From assembly GCA_000708835.1 (NCBI GenBank), contig DF237392.1:1-64000 (forward strand): a DNA stretch of 64,000 nucleotides. Reading direction: 5' to 3'. Position 1 is the first letter of the stretch, and every line of letters starts with the position of its first letter. The translations under genes were made by a program, and so were the position numbers. The notes below the pieces were generated by a model, which saw nothing but the letters and a program-made list of their open reading frames with translations, did no database searches and was not told the origin of the DNA. Origin of the DNA: Klebsormidium nitens (taxonomy: Eukaryota; Plantae; Klebsormidiophyceae). Shown one piece after another: positions 12,962 through 25,790 of the stretch.

Positions 12962-14748
12962 CTTTCTCGCCTGCCTTGCTTGATTGGACGAAGAAAAGTG
13001 CTTCGAGCGTCTGACAATCTTGCTGTTGGCTTTGCTATTCAAACAATGCAAACGTTGAGTCACTACAAAGCTAGCTTCAGCAAAAAGGCCTCCTTTTCGG
13101 GCATGAGGTTGCTGACCCGACAAAAAAGGTTTGGCTCATCCTACACAACCTCAGGAGTTTTCGCGAAGGTCTTCTTGATCAGCTGCTCTCACTCCGCGTG
13201 CATATTCTAGATCGACGCCTTTGCCTCGTCTCCTGCTCAGCCAGATATGCTGTCGAAACCAGCACAGAATTGCTTTCATCGCAGGCGTATGACACTTCGT
13301 GATTCGGGCGCAATGTTTCTGAGAGCAATTCTTCTTCTGCTCCTCTTGTAGTCGGTCAGCAAGCGAAACAATAGTTGCGTGAAATCGTTCGATCTGCATG
13401 AGCACCTGCTTGGGGTGCGAGTTGGTAGGACTTCGGCCTGACATTCTTCGTGGTCAGTCCTCGACAAAGCTTCTTGAAGTCAGGAAGCTTGAAATCGATC
13501 GAGTAATATTCTGACCATCGGGGGCCCCTTCGTTGAAACCGTTTGACAGAACTCAAAATATTGTCACGCCGAGTCCGAACTCGGTGCACTGCCAATTTTC
13601 ATGCCCCTTGAGCTGCTTGAGTGCACGAACTTGCTCTAAACATCGCGAAAGCCAGGTTCCAACTCAACAAATATCTCCATCAAGGAGCATACAAGCAGAG
13701 TGAACAAAGCTGCAGTCAGGTCCTACGATGTTGTCAAGCAGCTCGATCACAAGAGACAGAACGTTGCCACACACAAAGAACGAGTAAAGAGATCTCAAAT
13801 TACACTTTCCTAAAGTGGACGAGTCAGTACTGGAGGAAGTGTGGATTGATTGCACTCGGTTTCCAGTGAGTGGTCCACTACGCATCACTGCAGGACCTTG
13901 AACCCACAGGCGCAGCTAAAACCTTCTGGCAGTTAGTTCTTTCATAATCTGGAAAGCAACAGCTGTGACAAGAGACAACATGCTTTCCTTTTTGTGCTTC
14001 TCTGCTCGACAGGATGCTTAGCCTTCGTCTCCGGACAGCGCCAGCTTTTGAGGAATCAGGATGCGCGCGCGAAGCCAGGCGCCGATTAGTTGCTCGAACC
14101 GCCTTCAGGGTTTGACGAAATGGTCAACGTCGTCTTCCAGCCGTGGGATGAGATTATCCCCGTTATCTTACGGCCAGATGTCCCTGATCAAAACCCTTCG
14201 ATGTTGCCGACTTCTCGCGCCGTACTGCCTTTCATTTGGCTCCCATGACGTGTCATCGATATCTCGGTTCAAGCCGTCCGATTTGCAGGAAGATAACAAT
14301 CGAGGGCACACAGAACCCCTTTCTTGACGAGGCACGCCAGTCATCAGAATTCACCGTACACCCACGTACAACGTAGGGGATGAAGATGAAGCAGCGCCCC
14401 GCGCGGGCGACTCATGCCATGATGGCGCCAATGGTGGTGTAGCTAGCTACACTTAGCAGCTGAGCTGGGTTCCTAGCCAAGCTTGCTGCAAAATGTCATT
14501 GTTAGTAAAGCATGCAGTGCACCACATTGCAATTTGCAAGCAGAACGATCAGCGCCAGCAGAAACAGCCATAGCTGAAGAAGAAGTCCGGAGTTGGTCCT
14601 GAAACACACTTCTCCTTGGGACTTTTCTCTCGCCCATTGCAGCTTTATTTGCAAAGCCGACTTCAATCCCTTTCAGCGTTTTCCTCGCATTGCTGGATTC
14701 TGAACTATAAGCTGAATCGGAATTCAAAACACCTCAGAAGGGGCCAAC

Positions 14749-17700
14749 ATGTTTGCAGTCATCGACAGGGCTACGGCCCGCCCACCACCGCCCATGGACG
14801 TGTCTGATTCCTGTGCCCCTGAGATGAGGCACAAAGGTGAAGACATGCCAGAGGAGGCAAGCGGGCACCCTGGGTGAGTACTTTCTCTTGAAGACCAACC
14901 GTCCCATTTATTGCAGAGATTGCATGCCCCATTTGGTTGAGAGAGGGGATTCGAATCCTCCCCGGTGACGAATGAAGGAGCAGAGTGGAAGTGCTTACGA
15001 CCATAATGATTTGTTTGGTTGACCTTAACTTCTGCACACGGTGAACAGCTTCCTTTCTGGAGGGGCAAATTGTAGGAACCTCCCAGAGCAGTGTTTTAAT
15101 TCACAGCAGTTGCTTCAATGGAAAGCTGCCAAGAAACCTCAGTCAATGTTTCATTCCAAAGGAATCACCCTGACAAATCTGAGTGTGTCCAGAGTCACAC
15201 AATTGCAGTGTGTGCAATCAGGTTGTTGTTGCCTGCGTGCAATCCCTTAGTTGAGACTCTTGACATCATCCTGGAAACTTTGGCCTTCATAGGTTTGAGC
15301 CAGGGCTGCACGTTGACAGTGAAGCTCCATGAGTGCTGCCTGCTTTCTCTTTGCAGTCAACAGCCCTTGCAATTAAAAGTAGCGTCACCATGTCAGCAGG
15401 ATATATTCTCACGAATTTGTCCCCCAGCTACTAGATACGAAAGAGCATGAATCGAAGAAGCTCGTTGCATCCCTCAAGCTTAGACTGGTTATTGTCCAGT
15501 TTGATAAGGGCATTGCTGTGTTAGTAGGGGAAAACATTAAGCTCAAAAGTTTATCGGTTTGCTGAGCGACTCCGCGTGACACTTTCCCTGCTTTGGGAGG
15601 TACGCTGTTGGTTCTAGCTTCTATATATCTTGCATAATTGGGGGTGTCTCCGATTCTCCCTGGATTTCCTGCATCTATCTGGTGGAGGGTATTGTGCGGA
15701 TGAACTTGCCAGTGATTGAAGGGTCGCACATAGCACTACTTGCCAATTTCGTTGAAGATTCATGCCAGACCTTCACCTAGAAGCTTGACTCAAATGCTGA
15801 CATTAAGTGACGCACTTCTATAGTTAGCAGTTTGTCAGCAAGAAGGCTTTACTCTTGTCCTTAAGGAAAGCCTTGCTGAACCTTGACTGATGAGACAACT
15901 TGTGCTGCGCCCAGAGTGCCCAACTCTCAACAGCAAAGCTTTGTGTCTTGTGTGGTTGTGACGTCACAATGTATTGATACCTGTTGCTTAACCACCTACT
16001 TCGTGCAGGCTTGCGACTGTGAGCTCTCAATTCAGTGGCTCATAATAACACAAGAGAGTCAGCATTGTACATGTCTCAATCATGTCGCGAGGTTGTGTTC
16101 TCCCTGTTTCAATGTAGCTTTCTTCTGGATTCTGCAGGCTTGGATACGCACGCGAGCTCTTGACTCAGCGGCACATGAAGAACATGAGGCACGAGCTCCC
16201 CCCCCACATGAAGAGCAATGTCCTCGAGCTTTTTGTGGTGGGAGCAGCCATGGCGATGGACAAGAAGAACCCGCTGGTGTCGTATGCTGAGGCAACTAGC
16301 ATGGAGTGAGGAATTTGACTTGGAGTTAATCTATTTTCTTCCTCTATTGGATAATGCAATTGTCATGTCAAGAAAGAAGCAACTTGGGCTACGTTGAATA
16401 TCTGGGATTGAAAGCATGGCTGTCATGGACTATCGGTTTCGGCATTAGAAATTAACCTTCAGTGATCACTGACCATAAAATCGATCCCCTCAACAGGAAG
16501 AGAAGCAGGTATACTTGCTGGTGTCCTGTGTCCAACTTAAGGTCTTCAATGGCTCGAAAACATCATCTAGCTAGCCCTTAGTATCTGAATGTGGGCTGGT
16601 CTGCCTGGCTTTTTAACCAGAGTTTGTCATGAGAATCTGCTTTTTCAGTCCAACGTGCGACTTAAACCACACTCTGAGCTGGGGTCTTGATGCATTTGGA
16701 GTTCCTAGCTTCGTTTGGTAAGATAAGTTCCTTTCAGACGACCACTAGCTGTCAGCCTGCACTTGTATGCAAAATGGGAGCTGTTCAGGTGCTGTTCAGC
16801 AAGCTGAAGAATCTAGCAGAGCTTGGGTCTGCATATCGTAGCTACAGACGAGTACTTGAGTCCACTCAACCTGTAGCGAGAATTTCTGAAGACCTTGTCG
16901 CAAACAGAGTCTGTACATTTACGCAGTGACGCCCAGAAGGTGCTACTGGCGGTATGCGGCAAAGCTAGGTTACCTGCGCAAGATGGGCTGATATATGACT
17001 TTTGGTGCTGTCTTTCAGTCTTCTGTAATTATGCTACTAATCTAGGTTTCGTTTTTTGTCTTCGTAGTGACGACCACAAGGTGCTTGTGGTGCTGTACAG
17101 TAAACTAAAGACCTACGCGAGACGCCCGTGGTACAATGTTGCTCTCTTCGCCTTGAACTTGTCCCTAACCAACGTTTCCCTCTTCTTCCCAAGAGTGATG
17201 ACCCGAAAATGCTGCTGGTCCTGTACGGCAAGTTCGAGAACCTGGGCGAAGTGCGCTGACTATAAGTACCTTTAAGAGGAGCTCTTTGACCCTGGGGCTA
17301 ACGCAGAATCTCCTGTTCCGTCTGTGCACTGACGACAAGAAGTACTCTCCTTTCACCCGCCTAACCTTGTCATTGACCAAGCGTTCCTTGTTCTTCCTCC
17401 ACCAGTGACGACCAGAAGGTGCTACTGGTTCTGTACGGCAAGCTTGAGAACCTGGGCGAAATCCGCGAGCTGTACGACCTGCTGCCCCCAGGGGAGGACC
17501 CCCTCGACTTCAGTGCCACCTCAGAGAGCGCCGAGCTGCTCATGGCAATGTACCTCAGGGTGAGGCGCTTTAGTTTGTGCAGTTCTACTCCTTTACTGTT
17601 TACAAGGAACGCTTTTTTGCAGATTCCCGGTTCATTCCGTATGATCTGCTGCCCCCTGGAGAGGACCCCCTCGTATTCCTCAGAGAGCGCCAAGCTGCTT

Positions 17701-20700
17701 ATGGCAATGTAACTTAGGACGAGGCACTCCTGGCAAAACTTGGTTGGTTGCTGTGTCGCTTTCTTGAAGAGGACGCGTGTACTGGTGCTTTCAAGAGCTC
17801 ATATACTGAGGACTTCGTTTGAGCTCCCGGGAACTGAGAACGTCGTTTGCCCCAGTCTGAATGTCCTCAACTACCTCGTACTTGAGGCTTCGATTAGTGG
17901 CCGTTCATGTGAATCGCAGTTCTTCGTTGAAAGGTGCTGCTAATTCGACTCTGGCGATGGACTTCGTTTTCATGCACGTTTTGATTGACCTCTTCCTGCA
18001 GAAGTTTGCACATGCGGTGCGTACCACTGGTTGAGTTGTGTCTGCAAGGCCTTCTTATCTACAGTTTCTCTTCCTTTTGAGGCATTAAACTTTGTGCACG
18101 TTTTGACATTGTCATGTACGACCAAGAACTTCGTGGACATCCATGATCCCCATGTTTGGTTGCTCTCTGCAAGACCTGGGAAATCGCTCCGCATCTGTGG
18201 CTCTCAGTCGGATATCGTACTGCCATTCGGTTTAGCAGAATAAGTACTAACTCCGACGAAAAAATGCAGAATGATTTTGTGACTTGTGTGAAAGTTCATA
18301 GATTCCTTTGGGCGTTTGGCCGTCTGGTATTCGTCTGGCCGGTGCGAAAATGCAAAAACTTTGAAAGTAATTGGTAACGGACGTGGGGTGCGAACAGCTT
18401 TATCAGTACGTCTTCTCTCTAACACAGAGTGCTGTCTGTCTGTCTGTGAGCGGAGCTGACATAAGCTTCGGCTGATTGCAGGGATTCGTGGACGCTTACG
18501 GGGACTGCTCTGCGCAGCCTGCCACCTGCCTCGACGCACTCCAGGTACAGAGTCTCTCTTAAAAACCGTGGTTTGAAATTGCCTTCTTTGCGAGATTTTT
18601 CCTTTGTCTCGCGTTGACTTTTCTGAAACGAGCATCGTTGGGACGCTTTAGGGGTTCCACATTGAATGGTTTTGTAGCCAGCTGCTTCGAAATCCTCCTG
18701 CAAGAAGCCCTGAGCGGTTCAATCATCTTTCGGGTATCTTTCCTTGGTCCGACTACAACAGCAGCTGTTGTAACCAGGGGCGCCCAAAGTACCTCTACAG
18801 CTTTCATTTGTTCCCGCTTGTGGCTTCCCATGTCCTCATTTGCGCTTCTCTGTTGAGTGAAAGCATTGAAGGCTAAAGTCGTTGCTACTTCAACTTGGTT
18901 CCAACCTGTCTGCGTGCAAAAACGATTTACAAAGCAATCGTCAGCCTTCATCCCCCATTCAGAAGTCCCTTGAGCTTGCTATTGCTCGGAGTAGGAGTTC
19001 TGAGACTATAGTCCAGATGGCACGGGCGTACTGTGCTCTAAGCGGGCTGCGATCGGACGTGGCACACTTCGCTCCTAATGTTTGCTATCCTGGCCGCTGC
19101 GACCTTTCAAAGAGTGGTACTTTTTCGTAACACTGCGCCAGCATTCCAAGCCTTCTTGGTCGCCAGATTGTCTTATTGTTCCAGCAACCCCTTTCGAAAT
19201 TTAACTCCACCTCCATACGAGACCATTTCAAGAGGGGTTTATTCAAAGAGTCGTCTTCCACTCGATAAGTGCAACGGTTTGAGCGGAGATACGGCTCACG
19301 CTCGGGCTGATGGTCCCAACCCTTTTCCTTTCTGTCCCAGTGCTGGCAAAACCACTGGGCCACGATTCCCTCTAGTGCCTCAATTTGCTCATTCTTTTGT
19401 GCTTCTGCATAGTCTCTTCCACTCCCTGTCCCCCCCCGGTCAGGCCATTGAACTCTACCTGGGCTCGACTCTTCTTCCCCCTCTTCTTTTCCCCCTGGCA
19501 GGTAGAACAGACATATAATAGACATATGATTCTTTACGAAGTCTCGATGCCTCCCCTTTTCAACGACCTTTATTTCCTGCTCCCCCCAGAACTCTTTGAT
19601 ATTATGCGGGCCTCACTCTTCTTCCCCCTCTCCTTTTCCCCCTGGCAGGGAGACTGGGCCATGGTTCTCTACGATGCCTCAATGGAATACCTGTTGGTGG
19701 CTAGGGACCCTGGCGCCCGGGCTCCCCTCTGCTGGGGCACCGCGTCCGAGACGGGTGCGCCCCCTGCGCGCGCCCCGCTTCTCTCGGTCCTGGAAGGCCC
19801 TTTTTATGATCAACGGTTTTCTCGGTCTTGTCCTTAGCGGTTGGCTGTTTAGAGTCGAAGTCAGAAGGACATTGGAAGGTCGTGTGCCAACGGGTTTTGA
19901 GGGGAGGTATGGAACCCTCTTGGCATGAGCGCAGTGAGTGTGCATCCAGCGTCAGCTGCGCAACCGAAAGACCCGGGGTTCCAGTGTAGAGTCTAGTTCC
20001 TCCAAAGCTGGAACGTTTCCCGCTTCAACGGGTGGCCGGATCCTTCTGTTGCCAGGGTCTCCTTGACACATGTCCAGCCCCTTCTTTCTCGTCATCTTGG
20101 ACGGAAGCTCGCATGCTTCTTGTTGAAGACTTTCAGTAAGAAAAACGGCCACTTTTTGGCACGTTTTTAGTCATGACCCTTTGTCTTTGATCTAGCCACA
20201 AGCACTGCTCGTTCCAACACCTTTTGAGTCTTTGGATCGACACAAGGTATCGTTTTGCAGGCGCCCTGCTGTTTGCGTCCGACATCCGCCTGCTGAAGAA
20301 CGAGTGCGGGCCCGGGGCTGCCGCGGCGTCGGAGTTTCCGGCGGGCTGCTTCTTCGAGAGCATGGAGACGGACGAGTATGGACACGTGCGCAGGTGAGTT
20401 GTTTCTCCTTATACCTGAGAACCTCTCTCTTATCTTGTCTGTGTGGCCGGCTTTAATTGGCACTTGGGGGCCTTGTACATCGGACTTCGGATAGTGGAGT
20501 CGAGAAGGGAGGCAGCTTGGCCAGACTGAGAAAACATTCAAACGCCTCACACGGTCAGGATATGAGACGTGGAAGACAGAGCTCCGCATGCCGTGCTGCC
20601 TTTCCCACTTTGCAGACTCGGAAGGCATGAACATTGCGGTTTGGGGCGAAAGTAATCTTGCTTGACACACTCATGGTGCTTTTCAATAAGTCCACCTACG

Positions 20701-21760
20701 TCACTCGCGCCTTCAGTATCCCAAAATATTTTCCTGAGCCTCTTGCTAGGACCCCAAAGTTTCCAGAATTTGTCGACAATTTTGTAGCTGAAAGTCGCGC
20801 TTTTGTGCAGTTACGTGAGGCGCGGGAAGCCGATGCGCGCCATTGGCCGCGTGGACAGTCACGGGCAGCTCTGCGGGACCATGTTCAGGGTTGCCAGGTG
20901 AGTGCCTTGGCAAGATTTTCGGTTATTGTTGGGTTTGTTTTATCCAAGGGCCCGCATTTTACTTCATGTGGGTGGTCTAGAGACTCGATCAAACCAGCGT
21001 GGCGCTGTATACCCCCGTACTTGATTTCCAAAAGTCGGCAAATTTGGTTCATAAACCACGGTTCACATCGCCCGCTGGCGTTGATTGGCGGCTTCCCAGC
21101 CTTTGTGATCAACGTGGAGCCCAAGTGCTATTTAGACTGGCGATGGTGCATGGAAAACGGGTAGACATTTTTTGAGGGTTTAGGTTAGCGAGGTGCGTAG
21201 GATGTTAAATATGTGTTTAAGTTGTTAATTCATGCTTTCTCCCCCGGGCATGAGTCCGCGTTCGAATATGCTCTTGGTCAACCTTGAAATTGAAGAGCAT
21301 TCCGCTGCCCCGCTGACAGAGCAGCAGAACCAACTTCGATAATTCCCGAAAGACTTGACTTCTTCGGAGGAGTAGACCAATTAGAATCCAATGCGCAGAT
21401 AAGACATCTCTTTGTGTCAGCTTCGGCTTTTCGACCTCTCGTTGCTTTGCGAAGCAGCCCATTCAGGGCCGGTTGCGTAGGAGCTCCGACGAGCTCGGGA
21501 AAACTTGAGGCCGCTTCTCGGGTTGTTCCAAGCATTTGACGCATGCAAAATTCGTCACCCAGGATCGATTTAACCGACCGCACGGCACCAGAACCTCCTA
21601 AACTGGTCATCACCGCGGTTTTCTTGCTTTCAAATACTGTTTTCAACATTTTCGTTTATTTATCAGCTCGACTTTGGTTGATCTTTGCAGCGGCGACGGC
21701 ATTGCCGGGATGTCGCGCAACGGCAGCTTTGGCGAACTTGCCGCTCAGGTGGCAATGTAA
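14749..21760 (+). CDS. TSJT1: TSJT1/Wali7/aluminium-induced protein family (DUF3700, Ntn-hydrolase/GATase-II-like fold), 301 aa
   Basis: Exons 14749-14873 (MFAVIDRATARPPPP..), 16138-16305 (..AMAMDKKNPLVSYAE..), 17406-17559 (DDQKVLLVLYGKLENL..LLMAMYLR), 18482-18544 (GFVDAYGDCSAQPATCLDALQ), 19649-19754 (GDWAMVLYDASMEYLLVARDPGARAPLCWG), 20261-20393 (ALLFASD..EFPAGCFF), 20811-20897 (IGRVDSHGQLCGTMFRV) and 21691-21760 sum to 906 nt in frame. The motifs match the family pattern (FVLYD..ARD..PLFWG..LLFSD..FP.GCFF..RVDS.G..CG). Confidence 0.88.
16770..17270 (+). repeat. Four degenerate copies of the acceptor and start of TSJT1-like exon 3 in intron 2
   Basis: agtgacg(a/c)cc(a)gaaggtgct(a/t)..gtac(g/a)g..aag recurs at ~16780, 16925, 17067 and 17193, ahead of the functional copy at 17403. 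Each copy runs into stops or frameshifts. Confidence 0.8.
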
Positions 21761-22818
21761 GATATGTGGAGAGCGAGGTGTAGAAAGGGCGGTTCTGTGT
21801 ATATTGCCAGGGAAGTGAAAGCGTCGGCGTGTTGAATGTACATTCCAGGTGCTTGGTAGGGAGATTCACTGTTTTCCTCTCGAGAAATGTAAATTGAAGT
21901 GAAAAGCTCTTGCGCGAGGGAGAACGAAGCTTCGCTTCCAAACAGTTCTGCTAGTGCTGTATTGTAACGGATCGGGCTAGGGACGTCGGTTAGCAGAAGC
22001 AAACAGCTAAGGTCGAAAACTCGGAAGCCTTTCCAGCTTGGTTGTTAGTAAGTCTAGTCTAAGCCCGGTAGGTTAGTGTAGTGTCCATGTGAGGTAGATT
22101 TAGGGGCCGGTCAGGTGTTTGAGGTTCCGTATTCTCGGGGCAGTTGTATTAATGTTGCGGCCATGAACCGGCTTGAGGTTGTGCTTATGTACGTCTCTCA
22201 TGGTCTCGGGCCTCGGCTCACGTTTTCATTGAGAATTTCGAGTCGGGCGTGAGCCTTGCAGGGCGTGCTAGTCTGACAGTGGGGTCATGAATCCTTAAAA
22301 GGAATGGTGGTCGATCCGTCGGACAGGTCGCTTTCATGATCGAGAACCTTCTGTTCTCCGCATGTATTGTAATTGTCCAGAAATACACCGCGTACGCGCG
22401 CTTCGATCACTTTACAATTTGAAACATGAATGATGCGCACTGCAGCCTGGGTCGGCCCATCCGAAATCACTGGTATGTGACGGTGCATGCATGACTCGCG
22501 GCCCGGCCAGGCAGCGATATCAAATCATCTGTCGGATTCGATCAAGCTAGAGAGAAGTTATTCGAATCATTCATTTACAAAATTCATGGACATGGACTAG
22601 ATATACTGCAATTTGTGCCAAGTTATCGCTGGGCAAAAGGGGTAAGTTGAACCGTGTTGTTTGCATGCGACATGGTTCATCCATGCATGATCCTGGTCAA
22701 TACTAGGCGGCCTCTTCGACAGTGCTCTCAGGGCCTGGGATCACTCTTAACCTTGCATGAACATTTCAAGTTTTGTACCGATACAAACTGCCTACATGCA
22801 CGGGCCGGAGCTTGAAAC

Positions 22819-24037
22819 TTAGCTTTCGAGAAACAAGCCTTGCTGCGAGACGCTCTTCTTTTGAACCACCAAGCGGTGCGACTTAGGCACGTGAATCCAC
22901 CTCCTCTTCTGTTTTGGACTGTCAATCAGCTCGACTCCGGGGGACGACGCCTCTCGCTCTAGCACCGAGCCCACGTGGCGGCTCAACTGGCAGATGAGGT
23001 CCGTCGGATCCGTCGTTGGTTCCGCCACCGGAACGGCCTCAACCGGACTCATGCCGTCAGCGGCGGCCTCAAAATTTGCCAGTGTCAACGTCAGCAACGC
23101 GGCCAGGTCCGCGCACTGAACGTCCAGGCGCTCGTCCAGGGCGGTCGCGCGCTTCCTGCAGCAGCGTCATCGCCAGGCCGCCGTTCTGGTGCCGCCGCTC
23201 CGCCACCGGAATCCGCTCGTCGATCAGCCGCTCCAGGTCTGCGCGCGTGCACTCCGGCGCGAGCGGAATTGAGCATGGAGCGGGCGGCCTCCGGCCCCGC
23301 CATCTTGATCAGCATGATGTCAGCAATCTGGGCGGACGTGTAGTCCTTGAAGACGAACTGCTTCCCGACCCGCCAATGAGGAAGCCCTCGTTGCAGTCCA
23401 GCACTTTCTTCATCGGCGTTTCGTAACCTGGAACGAGAATGGACGAAAGACTGCGTAAGAAGTCTTCAATTGTTGACTTCAATCGCTGTGTACGGACGCT
23501 TTCCGACTCCGTTTCGGTCACTGGAAGAGATACGAAGTGTTTGTGCTTTCATATCGTCCAATCGAAGGAAAGCGCTCTACCCGGCCTCTTTACCTCAAGA
23601 AGCTCTGGCGTGAGAGGGGCCGGTAACGATGACATCTGCAATCTTGAAGTAATCTTGAGAATGTCGGGCCTTAGGAACAAACAAGAGCACGGTCCACACT
23701 CTCAAGTTGAAAGAAGTCTGCCAGGACGTCGAAGACCGCCTCTTGCCCCCTTCCAAAACCAGTGCTTTATGCATCTTTGGAAGTCAAAGTGATTTGCCAG
23801 AATTTTTATGATTTAAAGCAAGAAGCGAATACGGGACAGACCACAAAATCGTCCCAAACGGTCTGTTCCGAGAACAAGACAAAGATGCTGACCTGCGAAG
23901 ATGCACATGAGCTTGCCGCTGTCCATCTGGCTCATGATTTGTTCCAGCGCTTCATTTCCAAAGTCGATTGTCGAACCGGGGACGATAAGACGGTACGCTT
24001 CGTCCAAGAAATGGACGCCGCCTTCCGCTCTTTTGAG
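22819..24037 (-). pseudogene. CbbX/SpoVK-type AAA+ ATPase pseudogene (C-terminal half; similar to plant ankyrin-AAA proteins)
   Basis: Exon 24037-23893 reads LKRAEGGVHFLDEAYRLIVPGSTIDFGNEALEQIMSQMDSGKLMCIFAG (Walker B, D-F-G-x-E-A). The exon from 23427 reads GYETPMKKVLDCNEGF / RVGKQFVFKDYTSAQIADIMLIKM / ..RHQNGGLAMTLLQEAR / ALDERLD..LLTLTLANFEAA; these segments lie in different frames (at least 3 frameshifts near 23370, 23270 and 23140). No Walker A exon was found upstream. Confidence 0.82.
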
Positions 24038-24619
24038 CTGCAAGCGTCAGTGAACAATGACGTCAAGACAAAGACGTCAAAGTTTGGGTTTCTTTACAGC
24101 TTTGAAGTCAATGCTGTCAAGACCCTTGTATCGTCTCACCGCCGAACGCCTAGAGTTGTATATGCTGTCGAGACCCTTGCAGATTTGCTGACATAAACGC
24201 GTACATCCTGAGCTATACAGACAACAAGGACGTCAGTATTCTGCTTTGTTTACACTCAGAAGTCTATTTCTTCAACAGATCCTCGCACACTCAAACGCCT
24301 ACCTAAAAAATTGCACCAAAGAGATTTGCCGTTTCTTCGACCCTCGACTTTGGTCCGCATTCCTCTGTTCTCAGCCGCTCGCTCGGTAGAAGACGTCAAA
24401 GGAACGCTTTGAACCTTCAAACATACGACGCAGTCACGGACGACCACAACGCCTTACGCGCTCCGTATCAAACCATCTGATAACTGACTTAACCCAGCAA
24501 TAGACAACAGCCGTGCCAGCATTACGTCGCGACACTCAAACAAGATCCTCTCAAAAAAGATATTACAGACGCTAACTTTTCACTGTAGATCTAGAACCTC
24601 TCTGTGTTTAGTCGGACAG

Positions 24620-25790
24620 GCTCAGGCTTCCCCGCCATCCCCGGTTTGCACCAAGGCCCCGCCCAAGCCGCTCCCGTCGCCCCGGGCCCCTCCGCCGGTC
24701 AGAACCCTCGCATCCCCTCCCGCAACAGGGCCTCTTTCCGCTCCCCCTTCTCCCCGCCCGCCCCGCTTCCCTAGCGGCCCGCGCCAAAGCCGCGGCCGCC
24801 CAACGCCGTCCTCTGAGCCGCGGCCGCAATCGCCTCTTTCAAGTTGCGATCAATGCAAGCGCGCACAAGCTCAGTGTGCTCAAGGCGCCGTTAAACCCCG
24901 AGCTGAGCGCGAGCGTCGACGAGGAGCGGCTCCGACGCGACCGTGGAGGCTGAGGCCGCGAGCGCGGCCGCGCGGATGAGCGCGTCGGACGCTGCTCCTG
25001 CACCCGCCGGAGCCGCAAAGCCCCAAAATGCTGGGCCGCCAGGTGGCTTTCGGCATGCCCGTGCTGTCGCCCCGAACTTTCCTGAGCCGTTCGGTTCGAA
25101 GTCCTTGATTGAAGCACAGCAGGGGCCGGCGCGGGGTTCAGGCAGAGGTTTGGTTCCGCGCTAGCGGGGGCCGCGGCATCATCGCCGTGGCCGCCAAAAC
25201 GGGGCGAATTTGATGTCCTCTTAAAACGTAAGTTTCAGGCAGTTTCAGGCCAGATGCGCAGCTTCAAAGCGGTCGGGTCTTCTTAAGCTCCAAATGGATC
25301 CGGCTCTCCCACTAGTGTGTTTCGCTGCAATTCGGTGTTGCTTCGACCAAATTGAGCGGCGACACGGGCGAGCTAGTTCTAGATTGCGGAGCAATTACTG
25401 TGAGAGCCGGCTCGCAATCTAAAATCAGCTCGCCCGTGTCGCCGCTCGATTCAATGGTCGAAGCAACACCGAATTGCAACAAAACAAACAAGAGCCGATC
25501 AGTGCACCTCGTAACCGCTTTTGTTTTAGCCGGTCAAGGCACGGAGACATCCTTATAATATCAGAAACTCGAAACCGTTGTGTGCCGGCGCCAGAAGCTT
25601 TTCTTCATGCAAAAAATCTCCTCAAAACCGATGTTTGGCGTCTATCTAGCTAGACTGATGTACCCGAGATGAATCTTGCTAGCCCTTAACAGTGCCGATT
25701 ATGCATAAAAGGTCCTCGCCGCAGTTTGTGACGGACGAAGGCCGGAGACTTGTGCGTACCGCTACTTCGACTTCAACCGGGCCCGCACCT
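24620..25790 (+). pseudogene. Decayed, inverted partial duplicate of the NOT3 gene
   Basis: 24620-~25210 is collinear with NOT3 exon 8388-7684 (gcttccccgcc(a/g)tcccc..acagggcctctttccgctcc..ccgttaaaccccgagctgagcgcgagcgtcg..ttcggttcgaagt) but has frameshifts. 25725-25778 (tttgtgacggacga..gcgtaccgctacttcgacttcaacc) copies NOT-box exon 2487-2390. AG acceptors are retained. Confidence 0.88.

Noticed and set aside
13150-13900. Protein-like fragments between NOT3 and TSJT1-like (e.g. DLKLHFPKVDESVLEEVWIDC)
   Set aside because: Interrupted by stops and frameshifts with no recognisable family. Not annotated.
14915-15010. tRNA-like T-arm (minus strand caccggggaggattcgaatcccctctctcaacca)
   Set aside because: No complementary 5' acceptor stem or clear D and anticodon arms. 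It lies in TSJT1-like intron 1 and is at most a decayed remnant.
22285-22488. 67-aa minus-strand ORF downstream of the AAA remnant
   Set aside because: No motif, splice support or codon bias linking it to a gene.
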